Below are positions 19,047-27,899 of a stretch of DNA of 64,000 nt, piece after piece. The position numbers and the translations under genes are program-made. Each line of letters starts with the position of its first letter. The stretch's first letter is position 1. The stretch lies in NCBI GenBank assembly GCA_963843145.1, contig CAWJJC010000020.1, forward strand, positions 101,398 to 165,397. The letters are read 5' to 3'. The stretch comes from an uncultured delta proteobacterium. Its GTDB lineage: Bacteria > Desulfobacterota > RBG-13-43-22. The notes beneath the pieces are model-generated. The model saw nothing but the letters and a program-made list of their open reading frames with translations. It ran no database searches and was not told the DNA's origin.

Positions 19047-19345
19047 GTTTTCAATAGCCTCGGTTGAACGCGTTTCAAGGCGGGCAAAGATTCGGGCGGA
19101 ACGATCAGAGTGATGCTGCGCGCCTTTCCGGGCACGCGCCGAATCAAGCCCCGCCGTTCCAGCGTGAGTACCATCGAATGCACGCTCGGCGGCGTGACCT
19201 GGAAAAACCGTTGCATATCTGCTTCAGCCGGAGCGCAACCGTTCACGAGGCTGTATTGATGGATGTAGGCCAGGAACTGGCCTTGTCGTTCGGTGTAAGT
19301 CGGTTTCATAAAGGTTTGTGGGTGGTCGACATTGACACCATTCAT
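19043..19345 (-). CDS. LexA-N-like winged-helix DNA-binding protein
   Basis: 100-aa ORF with the pattern TERQGQFLAYIHQY...G.AP..ADMQRFF.VTPPSVH.MVLTLERRGLIRR, resembling the LexA DNA-binding domain. No peptidase domain. Confidence 0.6.
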   Translation of the reverse strand: MNGVNVDHPQTFMKPTYTERQGQFLAYIHQYSLVNGCAPAEADMQRFFQVTPPSVHSMVLTLERRGLIRRVPGKARSITLIVPPESLPALKRVQPRLLKT

Positions 19346-19371
19346 GGCTCAGGCCTCCGTCGGGGCGAGCT

Positions 19372-20388
19372 TTATTCCAGCAGTTTTTTAATGTGACGAT
19401 CAAAGTCGGACTCAAACAGGCGATCCTGCACGATACGGTATTTCTCGAACTCGCTCTCGGCAAAAGCCTTGGCGACTTCCTGGCTGACCTTACCGGGATT
19501 GTCGAGGATGTCCCGTTCGTTGAATTGGAGAAAAACGTTGAGTTTTTTGGCCCAGTCTTCCATGGTCATAGGGATGTTCCGCTCGGCCTGATCCTCGGCG
19601 TAATCGAGATACATCGTCACAAACCGGTCCAGCGACTTCAGTTCCTTCTCGGTGAGGTAATTCTTCGCGATGGAGACATCCGGTTTGATGACCTTCCCGT
19701 GAGGAGCGTTCTTCCAAGTGGTCAACCCCATTTGCTCTTTCTTGCTATCAGCCCGTTCCACGATCAGTTCGGCGGCGGTGCGCCGATGGATGGCGAAATG
19801 GAGCTTGTTCTGTACAGTAGCGAAGAAGGCCTGGGTAGTTTCCGCGCCCGCGCTGTAATCCATCGCCGTGGCATAGATGTCGGTGATCTTCTGGTAGAAC
19901 TTCCGCTCGCTCGCCCTGATTTCGCGGATCTCGGCCAGCAGGTTCTCGAAATACTCCTTGCTGAAGAAGGCGCCGTTCTTCAACCGCTCCTTGTCCAGTA
20001 CGTAGCCGCGGATGGCGTAGTCGCGCAAAATTCCCGTTGCCCACTGACGGAACTGAATGGCGCGGGCTGAGTTCACCCGGAAGCCCACGGCGATGATGGC
20101 GTCGAGGTTGTAAAACCGCGTCGCGTAATCCTTGCCGTCCTCGGCAGTATGTCGGAAATCCCGACATACTGCTTTTTCATCCAGTTCTCCGGTCTCGAAG
20201 ATGTTTTTCAGATGCTCGGTGATCGTGCTGCGGCCCTTGTCGAAGAGCACGCTAATCAGCTTCTGCGTCAGCCAGACGGTTTCCTCCGCCACCCTTACCT
20301 CGATGCCGTCTTCGCCCGCCTGCCGGGTAAATATCAGGAACTCGGCTGTGCTGTTGCGGATCTGGAGTTTGTTTTTTCCCCTTTTCAT
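19372..20388 (-). CDS. RhuM family protein
   Basis: 338-aa ORF. The N-terminal region (IRNSTAEFLIF...VWLTQKLISVLFDK.RSTITEHLKNIF..GEL...VCRDFRHTA.DGK.Y....YNLDAIIAVGFRVNS..A.QFRQWA) matches the RhuM family as I remember it. Confidence 0.8.
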   Translation of the reverse strand: MKRGKNKLQIRNSTAEFLIFTRQAGEDGIEVRVAEETVWLTQKLISVLFDKGRSTITEHLKNIFETGELDEKAVCRDFRHTAEDGKDYATRFYNLDAIIAVGFRVNSARAIQFRQWATGILRDYAIRGYVLDKERLKNGAFFSKEYFENLLAEIREIRASERKFYQKITDIYATAMDYSAGAETTQAFFATVQNKLHFAIHRRTAAELIVERADSKKEQMGLTTWKNAPHGKVIKPDVSIAKNYLTEKELKSLDRFVTMYLDYAEDQAERNIPMTMEDWAKKLNVFLQFNERDILDNPGKVSQEVAKAFAESEFEKYRIVQDRLFESDFDRHIKKLLE

Positions 20389-20442
20389 GGCCTGCTCCTA
20401 TAGTTCTCCATAGAATGCACGATGCGGCGTTTGGTGTCAGTG

Positions 20443-20640
20443 TCAAGCATTTTTGACTTCCGATTTTTGATTTTTGATTTCAATCTCCCGATTTGAGGCC
20501 TTTGATTGTCCGGCAGTCTTAGCTGAGGCGACAAAAATAGCTGTTAATTCATCAGCCTCTTTCCATAACCCCTCAACAAGGCTGCGCTGCATCAGTTCAC
20601 CATCCATAATCAGTTCAAGCCAGAACTTGCATTCATCTGA
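20443..20640 (-). pseudogene. 3' fragment of a four-helix-bundle (23S rRNA IVS-type) gene
   Basis: Hand translation gives SDECKFWLELIMDGELMQRSLVEGLWKEADELTAIFVASAKTAGQSKASNREIEIKNQKSEVKNA*. This parallels the C-terminal half of the intact 27519..27899 product. There is no N-terminal half. Confidence 0.7.
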
Positions 20641-20730
20641 CCTGGTTCAAGGATACGTAATCCTTTACATATTCAGGAATCATCTTGCGGTACAGGGGCG
20701 GCACCGCCTTGAAATCCCCTTTATGAAAAT
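20633..20730 (-). pseudogene. 3' fragment of a second hsdR gene
   Basis: 20641..20716 aligns by eye with 28803..28878, the hsdR 3' end. It translates as ..DFKAVPPLYRKMIPEYVKDYVSLNQVR* against ..DFKAVPPKYRTIIPEYVKDYVSLNQFVA*. Confidence 0.75.
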
Positions 20731-20743
20731 ACTAATCAGTCCG

Positions 20744-21217
20744 CTAGCCCTCTTCTATTTCCGAGGTCCAGGAACAGTCGATACACCCCTTGATGGATTG
20801 ATAGGCCGGGCAGTTCTTTAAATAGACGGCCAAGGCCTTTTCCGCGTCCTCCCGTTTTCCCTTCGGAATTTTCATCTGATACCGGAGCCGGATTTTGGTG
20901 ATCCGCAAGACCCCCTCCACCTCTTCGATGTCCCCCTCCACCTGGGCGATCAGGATGTCTTCGGTCTTTATGCCCCGCACCTCCAGTGCGGCCGCCAGGG
21001 TGCCGGTCAGTCACCCCCCGACGCCGGCGATCATATACTCCAGCGTGGCCGGATATTCGGGACCTTCGAACTTGCGTCCGTACTTGTCCTGGTAAAAATC
21101 CTTGATGCCCCCGTGGATCCCGAAATGAACCGGCTCCGCAAAATCCCCGAAGTGGGCCGTCCGATGGGATCCCCGGTGCTTCTCGATGCGAACGCGACTG
21201 GTGTGGGCGACTGACAT
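20744..21217 (-). CDS. OsmC/Ohr-family peroxiredoxin-like protein with an in-frame TGA (probable selenocysteine) at the catalytic Cys position
   Basis: ORFs 21011..21217 and 20744..20980 share a frame and are separated only by the TGA at 21011..21013. The joined 157-aa product reads ..EYMIAGVGG-U-LTGTLAAALEVRGI.. and retains the second conserved Cys (NCPAY). A hairpin CCGCAC-UGGAG-GUGCGG starts 19 nt after the UGA. Confidence 0.7.
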
Positions 21218-21377
21218 GATCTGACCTCCTTCAATTCTTCTAGAATGGACCTGTGGCCAGAAGACATAACCTCTGGCGGCGAAACCTTAGCGGCATTGTC
21301 GGACCCCTCGTTTCATCTGGGGGTAACACCAGGGTCAGCCAGAGCCCATCGTTTGGGTGATTGGCTGCACCCATTCG

Positions 21378-22355
21378 TTAAGGCCGTTTGACTTCTTCAT
21401 TTGTTACAGCTTCCAATCTCTTAAGATACTTGACCATGCACCAACCGTTCTCATGCAGATTGTTTAGGTAGTTGAAATACTCCACGCAAATCCATTTGCC
21501 TTTTCGATTCACCAGCCGTACCTTCTGATTCGGGTAAAGTATCTTGAGTAAGTTTGATTTCCTTGTGTTCGGCTTGGAGCGCAAACATACCCTCCGTTCA
21601 ACTACGTAGTACGTCTTCTCAAACTCATGAGTTTCCGCATTTGCTACTCGCTCCAGTATTGCTTGTTGCATAGCATGAATTTGCCTCGACAGCCTTTTTT
21701 CGGACTCTTCAGAGGTCTTCAAAGAATACATGAGGATAGAAAGAGCAATCAGGAGATTGAGCCAGAACTCCAAACTCAAAAGAGTCTTAGGCGTTCTCTG
21801 GCCATCCTGTTCAAGTTCTCCGACAAGATGATCGAAGACCTCCCCTACATTGCCACCGGTTTCCGTTTCGACTCTGGCAAATCTTGCCACTGCTTCACGA
21901 AATGACTCCTCAAAGAAATTTGTGGGAATAGTGCCCTGTAGAAGTTGTCTGTACGCAGTGGTCGATGAATGCATCGCTCGTATTGCGTCCTGAATGGCGG
22001 GAGCGCGAGCCAGTGCCTGCATTTCTTGAATAGCTTCCCGAACAGGCCTTAACGGATCTATGGACTGGAAGGCTCTAACATGTTCTCGAAGACCCAGAAG
22101 TGGATCGGGGAGTTGTTGAATGGCCGCTACGGCTTGTTGTACTTCTCTAACCGGGTTGTGCAGTTGGATAAGACGGATGGCCTCGCGGAGTTCCTTGAAT
22201 GGATCGGCCATTTCTATAACCTTCAAGGTCCGCCTTATTTCTTTTAATGGGTCGATTATCTGGAATTGTCTAATTGTGTCATGCATAGCCTTAATGGCAT
22301 CAGCGACTTCACGTGACTGCGAGATTACCGCATCTGAGGTTGCCTTAATTGTCAT
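21378..22355 (-). CDS. hypothetical protein: tandem helical repeats, one TM segment, C-terminal SH3b-like domain
   Basis: 325-aa ORF with five or six degenerate 16-19-aa repeats (DPLKEIRRTLKVIEMA / DPFKELREAIRLIQLH / NPVREVQQAVAAIQQLP / DPLLGLREHVRAFQSI / DPLRPVREAIQEMQAL), a hydrophobic LSLEFWLNLLIALSILMYSL, and a C-terminus LRSKPN...L..LYPNQKV.L....G.W..V. The DNA is visibly AT-richer than its surroundings. Confidence 0.6.
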   Translation of the reverse strand: MTIKATSDAVISQSREVADAIKAMHDTIRQFQIIDPLKEIRRTLKVIEMADPFKELREAIRLIQLHNPVREVQQAVAAIQQLPDPLLGLREHVRAFQSIDPLRPVREAIQEMQALARAPAIQDAIRAMHSSTTAYRQLLQGTIPTNFFEESFREAVARFARVETETGGNVGEVFDHLVGELEQDGQRTPKTLLSLEFWLNLLIALSILMYSLKTSEESEKRLSRQIHAMQQAILERVANAETHEFEKTYYVVERRVCLRSKPNTRKSNLLKILYPNQKVRLVNRKGKWICVEYFNYLNNLHENGWCMVKYLKRLEAVTNEEVKRP

Positions 22356-22485
22356 AGACTCTTTCGGCCAATATTATTTTTTGCGATTTGGGTCGGCCCC
22401 CCCCGTTGACGATATTGCACCATTGCAGCCAACAGGACGATTGTCGGTCGCTCGAACAGAACGTTTTCGGCATGGCCGGTGGTGG

Positions 22486-22917
22486 TCATGAGTTAAACCT
22501 CTGTTTGATGTAATCCTGAGTCTGGCTGGCGCTTAACTCGGTCGTGGATGGCCCTGTGCGAATATAAAAACGTTCCGTATCGCCATCTTTCAGGAATACT
22601 GGCCTGGAGGCCCTCCGACACTTTACTACCATCACGCGGCAGCCGTCGTGATCGTCAAAACGGACATGCATGTTGGTTAAAGCCTGGATCCCCATTCGAG
22701 TTTTAACGATATTCACCAAGTGCAGACCCATTCTATCTTCATTATCAAATTCATCAGCTTGGATACCCACTGGGTTGCCATCATCGGAAACACCTACAAC
22801 CAGCGTGCCGCCGTTGCTGTTCAAAAAACCGGCCAGAGTCTTGAGCACGGCCAACTCCATGCGCGGGTCTTTGCTCCCGGTGTGCAGGTTTGTGCGTAGG
22901 GTGGACTTGAACTCCAC
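22486..22917 (-). CDS. stand-alone AlbA_2 (Schlafen-type) putative nucleic-acid-binding domain protein
   Basis: 143-aa ORF with EFKSTLR........D...E..VLKTLAGFLNSNGGTLVVGV.DDG...G, typical of the AlbA_2 domain. No attached ATPase or HTH module. Confidence 0.7.
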   Translation of the reverse strand: MEFKSTLRTNLHTGSKDPRMELAVLKTLAGFLNSNGGTLVVGVSDDGNPVGIQADEFDNEDRMGLHLVNIVKTRMGIQALTNMHVRFDDHDGCRVMVVKCRRASRPVFLKDGDTERFYIRTGPSTTELSASQTQDYIKQRFNS

Positions 22918-22954
22918 CGCTTCGGATTCCCCATTTATAATTACCTTCGACAGA

Positions 22955-24744
22955 TCATACTCTACCGTGGTCCAAATCTTCCTTGATTCCCCCAGTCATA
23001 AGGGTTGAGTAGCCCTCTCCGATCACCTGTGCCATCAGTTCGCGGCGTTTCTCCAGAAACTCTCGGTAGTCCAGATGTTCCCAGTTTTGCGGCAGAGCGT
23101 GTAACCGATACATCCGCTCAAGTTCCGATTGGTTGAATCGCGCCTTCATTCGGGCAGGTAATCGGTCGGTGCTTGATTAGATATGTCTTTATTATCGCCC
23201 CACTCCACCAGGGCGTAATTGGCGATCTGGTTGGTTTCGCGGGTAGCAGTAATGCCTTGCTTGCTCAGGAAGTCCTTGGGGAAGAGATGATGCCGTTCCA
23301 CAGCGGCGCGATTGGCCTGCATAGAAGGATCCAGTAGGTCTGCTACTTTGATCTTGGAGAATAACGCCCGTGCATCCAGCAGCACCAATGCCGCATGATA
23401 GGCAAACAGCGACGGGCTGCGTGGTGATGAGGTGGCCAGATCATTAGGTAGAGACACCGCCCAGAAATCATTGGTGAGGGTAATGTCGCAGATTTGACTG
23501 AGCGTCTTCAAAAAACCGTCGGTTGTCCTCACGTCACGCAGTCCGGCCAGATCAAACTCCATGGCCGATTCCGGCGAGCCTGTAAAGCGCCCCGTGACCG
23601 CCGACATGAAAAACCAACGGGCAATCACCCGCCGCAGGTCGAACTCGGGCACCTTGTATTCAGTGCGGCCTATCAGATAGAGTATGTAAGAAAACACCAA
23701 ATTGTTCTGCGAGCTGATCATCTTCCCACTGCGGAACCCGGCCTGACGAATGCAGTTCATGAAGTCGTGCCAGTATTGCAGACTCAGCACCCGTTGCTGA
23801 GCATTTTTGAGCAATTCAAATTGCTCCTCTCGGCGCTCGGTGCTGAATTTTTCGGTTTCAAGATCCTTGCCACGCAAAATCGAGTACACATATTTTAATC
23901 GGGCTCGTTTGAATGCCACGCCCACTCCGACCCGCAACAATTGATCGGGCGAAGGCTCGATAAAATGATTGAACGCCGATGCCTGGCCTTTCGATGGTTT
24001 GCGGGATTCACGGCAAAAGCCCTCCAAAGCAGCACGTCCTTCATCCCAAAACACAGACATCAGAGTCAAAATAAAGTCGGCCTGATTCAGCGGAGTACCC
24101 TTGCTGTTGATGCGCACGAACACATCCGACACAGCTTCTTCATCAATATCCGATGCCAGTTCAGAGCAGTGAATGGGAAACCTAAAAGCCCTTGGAGTTT
24201 GCTGATTCGATTTCTTGATTGCTTTGCTCTCTTCCACCGTTACAATACGCGAAGCACTCAGCCCCTCCAGATAGTTTCCACCACCTCAAACAAGTCTGGT
24301 CTTGTCATTCCAAAGCAAGGAAACATCAGAGATAAAAGCTTTGTCACGGCTTATAGCAGCATCAGCCACTTCAAATCTCTCTTCAAGAGGATTGAAGGCA
24401 ATCTGGATATGTTCGCTTTCAAAGTTCTCCCGCAAAACCGCTATATTTTTGATGACGGCATACAACGAAGTCAGGCGTTGCTGTCCATCTACGATCACTA
24501 AACGTGGCGGCTTTTGCTTAATGTCGGTGCCGATGGTCCTGGAGGCGTCAGCCAGCCCGTTTTGCCAAAACAGCAGATAACCCACTGGATAGCCCTTGTA
24601 CATGGAATCAAACAGATCGCGAACCTTGGCGTTCTTCCACACAAAAGGCCGTTGAATATCCGGGAGCCCAATCTCGCCTAGGCCGATAAATTTAACCAAC
24701 GAGCCCAAATCGTAGTCAACTTTGGTAAATACGGTTTCACTCAT
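22955..24744 (-). pseudogene. GmrSD-like DUF262/DUF1524 type IV restriction-type gene, disrupted
   Basis: The N-terminal DUF262 motifs (IQRPFVW, DGQQRLTSL) are in 24286..24744. The middle and the HNH-like DUF1524 part (ERHHLFPK..NYALVEW) are in 23146..24237. These two share a frame but are separated by the TGA at 24286..24288. The C-terminal tail (22955..23149) is in a different frame. Confidence 0.75.
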
Positions 24745-24958
24745 GCTTTGTTATCCTCCTAAGTAACGGCGATTATTTCTCGACATATCCACCTCGACGG
24801 GGTGAACTTAGGACTATTGAGTTCTATTGAGAGGTTAATCCAATACCTCCCAGTGGGTGTAGTTGAGGTATCCCAAAGGAAGGCGATATACTCTCGCTCG
24901 CTGCTGGTCTTGAATGAAAGCGGCTTCTTCTATAGCTCACGCCTCCGCCGAAGCCGCC

Positions 24959-26100
24959 TCATCCTTCCCCCCACACCCGCGCGAGGGTAGCCTGGATCTT
25001 CTTCTTGAAACGGGCGATCAGTTCGCGGTTGGCGGCGACCAGGGCCTGCTCAGCTTCGATCTCGGCGACGATGGTTTGCTGGGTGGCGAGAGGGGGGAGG
25101 GGGATCGGAGCACTTTCGACGATTCCCTGATTGATTTTTAGCATGCTCCCGGCAGCACCGACAGCGTTTCATGTCATATAGGATTTACTGGTGTCGCTTT
25201 GGAGAACATGGAACAGATATTTGCTTAGAATCTTCGATTCGTCCGCTCTTACCCGAATCATCAAGTCGGGATACACGAAGTTAGGTTCTGCCACATCAAA
25301 TATGGCAGCGGTACCGACCAACTCCTTCGTGTTGCCTCGCTGAAGATAGATATCGCCACGTTGACAGCGGCAAGGCGAGTCGAGCGGAATGTCCTCATCG
25401 AGGAATTTATGTTCGGAGATATCCAGTCTGCCCGATGTCGTGGCGCTCAGTAGAGGACTTTGAGATTGGTGGTGTGAGCGACTGGTTACGGAGTGACCAT
25501 TCTCGGTTTGTCCTGAATGACTTCTCCCAACTCCACCATCGGCCAGTCGGGGTGGATGGGGATGTGGGGGCGGTAGTTGTCGAGGACGGCGCGGGCGCCG
25601 TTGATGACTTTCTGGTAGCCCTCGATCTCCGCCACGATCTCCTTCTGCACCTCCAGCGGCGGCAAGGGGATTTGAATTGCTTCTACGCAGATTACTTGGT
25701 GCTACGGATAGGCCAACCTCTGCCATCAGTTCCGATCATCTGAGTCGACCGCCTTTTCGTGCCTCAAGCGATGCAAATAGATAATCCGGGAAGCAGTCGC
25801 TCTCTCTGGTGCGCAGCAGTCGAAACTCGTTGAAGCAACTGCCCTCTCCGGAATTCCATTGCGAATCGTGAATGCCTTAAGGTTAGGACGGACCTCGAGA
25901 TGAGAACATCGTCTTTCGTAACTGACTTCGTGACGGCTTGGTCGCTTCGTCGGTAGGAATTTGTTCCACCGATGGGACTGTCTCCGAGTCGTTCTCACAC
26001 AGGATATGTCAACGAGTTGAAAAAAGCACCGCGGATGTCCAATCTTCTGGCAGGATTCGAATGCTTCGGGCATTGATGGTCGCAAACCTCGCCAAGTCGG
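24959..26100 (-). pseudogene. hsdS: type I R-M specificity subunit gene, multiply frameshifted (boundaries approximate)
   Basis: Recognisable pieces lie in different frames: the central conserved region AIQIPLPPLEVQKEIVAEIEGYQKVINGARAVLDNY (about 25560..25680), a TRD2 piece ..GDIYLQRGNTKELVGTAAIF..PDLMIRVRAD (25169..25400), and the C-terminal conserved region PLPPLATQQTIVAEIEAEQALV (24959..25144). Confidence 0.75.
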
Positions 26101-27525
26101 ACCGTGTGGATATTCTGACGAGCGCGCGCTCGCACTCCCGATACCTCTCCCCACTCAGGTTGTACTCGCCATTCGCTGCGATCTTCTCCTTCTCCACGAT
26201 GAGGCCCAGCGTGGGCTGGAAGTCGTCGACCGATTCCCCTGCCCGCAGGCGGTGCAGGTATTCGCTGATCTCGGCATGGGCCTGCGGTAGGTCGTTCTTC
26301 TCAATCTCGCGCCGCTGGGCGCCGAGGCCGAAGCCGTCGTTTTCGATCTTGAAGAAGGCGATGGTACTTGTCCTTCTTGGCCAGCGACTTGTCGAGGATC
26401 AGGATCGAGGTCTTGACGCCGGAATAGGGCTGGAACACGCCGGCAGGCAGCGAGACTACGGCGACGAGGTACTCCTCCACCAGCATCTTGCGTAGTTGTT
26501 TGTAGGCGGTCTGGCTCTGGAAGATGATCCCCTCAGGCACGATGATGCCGGCTCGGCCGGTAGGGGTGAGATGCTCGGCCATGTAGTCCACGAACAGCAC
26601 TTCGGAGCGCTTGGACTGCACCGAGAAGCGGTTGTGGGGCTTGATGCCGCCCTTCGGCGACATAAAAGGTGGATTGGCGAGGATCACGTCGGCGTATTCA
26701 TTCCACCGGTCCTGACTCGTGAGGGCGTCGTACTCGGCAATGTGTGGGTCGGCGAAACCGTGCAGGTACAGGTTCACCAGGGACAAACGCACCATATCAG
26801 GCGAAATGTCGTAGCCCTTGAAATTCTGCGCGAGGCGTCCCTTTTCGTCTGGCGTCAAATTGATTGCGGATTGAGGATTGCTGATTGTGGATTTGGCAGA
26901 AGTTCCGTGCATGATGATTGGCTCAGAATTGGCTTTCAGGATGTGTTTATACGCCGAGATCAGGAACCCGGCGGTGCCGCAGGCCGGGTCGAGCACGGTC
27001 TCGTTCTTCTTCGGGTCGATTACTTCAACGATGAAATCGATGATGTGGCGCGGGAGTGCGGAACTGCCCGGCGTCGCCCTGGGAGCCGAGCACGGAAAGC
27101 AGATACTCGAAGGCGTCGCCGAGGCGCTCGCTGTGGTCGTATTCGAACTCGTCGATGACCTTGAGGAACATCTTTAGCGTTTCAGGGTCGCGGTAGGGCA
27201 GATAGGCGTTCTTGAAGATGTCGCGGAAAAGGGGCGGTATGCCGGGGTTCTCCGGCATCTTGGCGATGGCCTCGGCGTAGAGATTCAGGGTTTCAAAGCC
27301 GCCCAAGCCGGAGCGCATGAGCTTGGCCCAGCCGTAGCGGGCGAACTTATTGGCGAAAAACTTGCGCTTCCCGCCGAACTCCTCGCTCTCGGCGTCCATG
27401 TCGTCCATGAACTTGTAGATCAGGGCGATGGTGATCTGCTCGACCTGGCTCTTGGGATCGGGCACCTTGCCGACGAGGATGTCGCGGGCGGTGTCGATGC
27501 GGCGTTTGGTGGCGGAGTCTAGCAT
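26100..27525 (-). pseudogene. hsdM: type I R-M methyltransferase subunit gene with at least two frameshifts (3' boundary approximate)
   Basis: The HsdM N-domain is in 27025..27525 and the catalytic part (DPACGTAGFL, NPPF) in 26301..26996. The C-terminal piece (..FFKIENDGFGLGAQRREIEKNDL..EKEKIAANGEYNLSGERY) is in a third frame. Shifts lie near 27045..27055 and 26365..26372. Confidence 0.8.
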
Positions 27526-27899
27526 TTTGGATTTCTGATTGTGGATTTTGGATTGTTTTCCTTCGCCGTCCGTCCGGAGGCGGTGAAAATGGCCGTCAGT
27601 TCTTCGGCTTCCTGATGAATTGGAGAAACGAGTTCGAGATTGAGAAGTCCCCCGTCCATGATCATTTCGAGCCAGAAAGCCGACTCATCAGCCTCTTCGG
27701 CGACAGTGCCGATCTTGGCGATGAATTCGGCTTTTGATCGGCTGCGGCAGGCGGCGCGGTAGTTGGCGCCTACGGATGTTCCGCTACGAATCAGTTGGCT
27801 GCCGATTGCCCGTCCCGTTGTTGTTTTCGGCAACGCATCGACGAGATTCATCACGCGCAACCCGAACTGTTTGGTTCTGGCCTTTAGTTCTTGACTCAT
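27519..27899 (-). CDS. four-helix-bundle protein (23S rRNA intervening-sequence protein family)
   Basis: 126-aa ORF with ..IGSQLIRSGTSVGANYRAACR.RSKAEFIAKIG...EEADES.FWLE.., classic for this family. The tail NNPKSTIRNPKC is encoded by a heptamer-periodic repeat. Confidence 0.85.
   Translation of the reverse strand: MSQELKARTKQFGLRVMNLVDALPKTTTGRAIGSQLIRSGTSVGANYRAACRSRSKAEFIAKIGTVAEEADESAFWLEMIMDGGLLNLELVSPIHQEAEELTAIFTASGRTAKENNPKSTIRNPKC

Noticed and set aside
24286-24288. Whether the in-frame TGA in the GmrSD-like gene is a second selenocysteine codon.
   Set aside because: It falls in a non-conserved linker rather than at a Cys or redox motif. The same gene also has a frameshift near 23146, and its neighbours hsdM and hsdS are decayed. 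A nonsense mutation is the simpler reading.
25169-26154. ORFs 25169..25726 (185 aa) and 25726..26154 (142 aa) as independent proteins.
   Set aside because: Their N-terminal parts are out-of-frame read-through of hsdS (Arg/Pro-rich nonsense). Only sub-segments match HsdS, so they are treated as pieces of one pseudogene.
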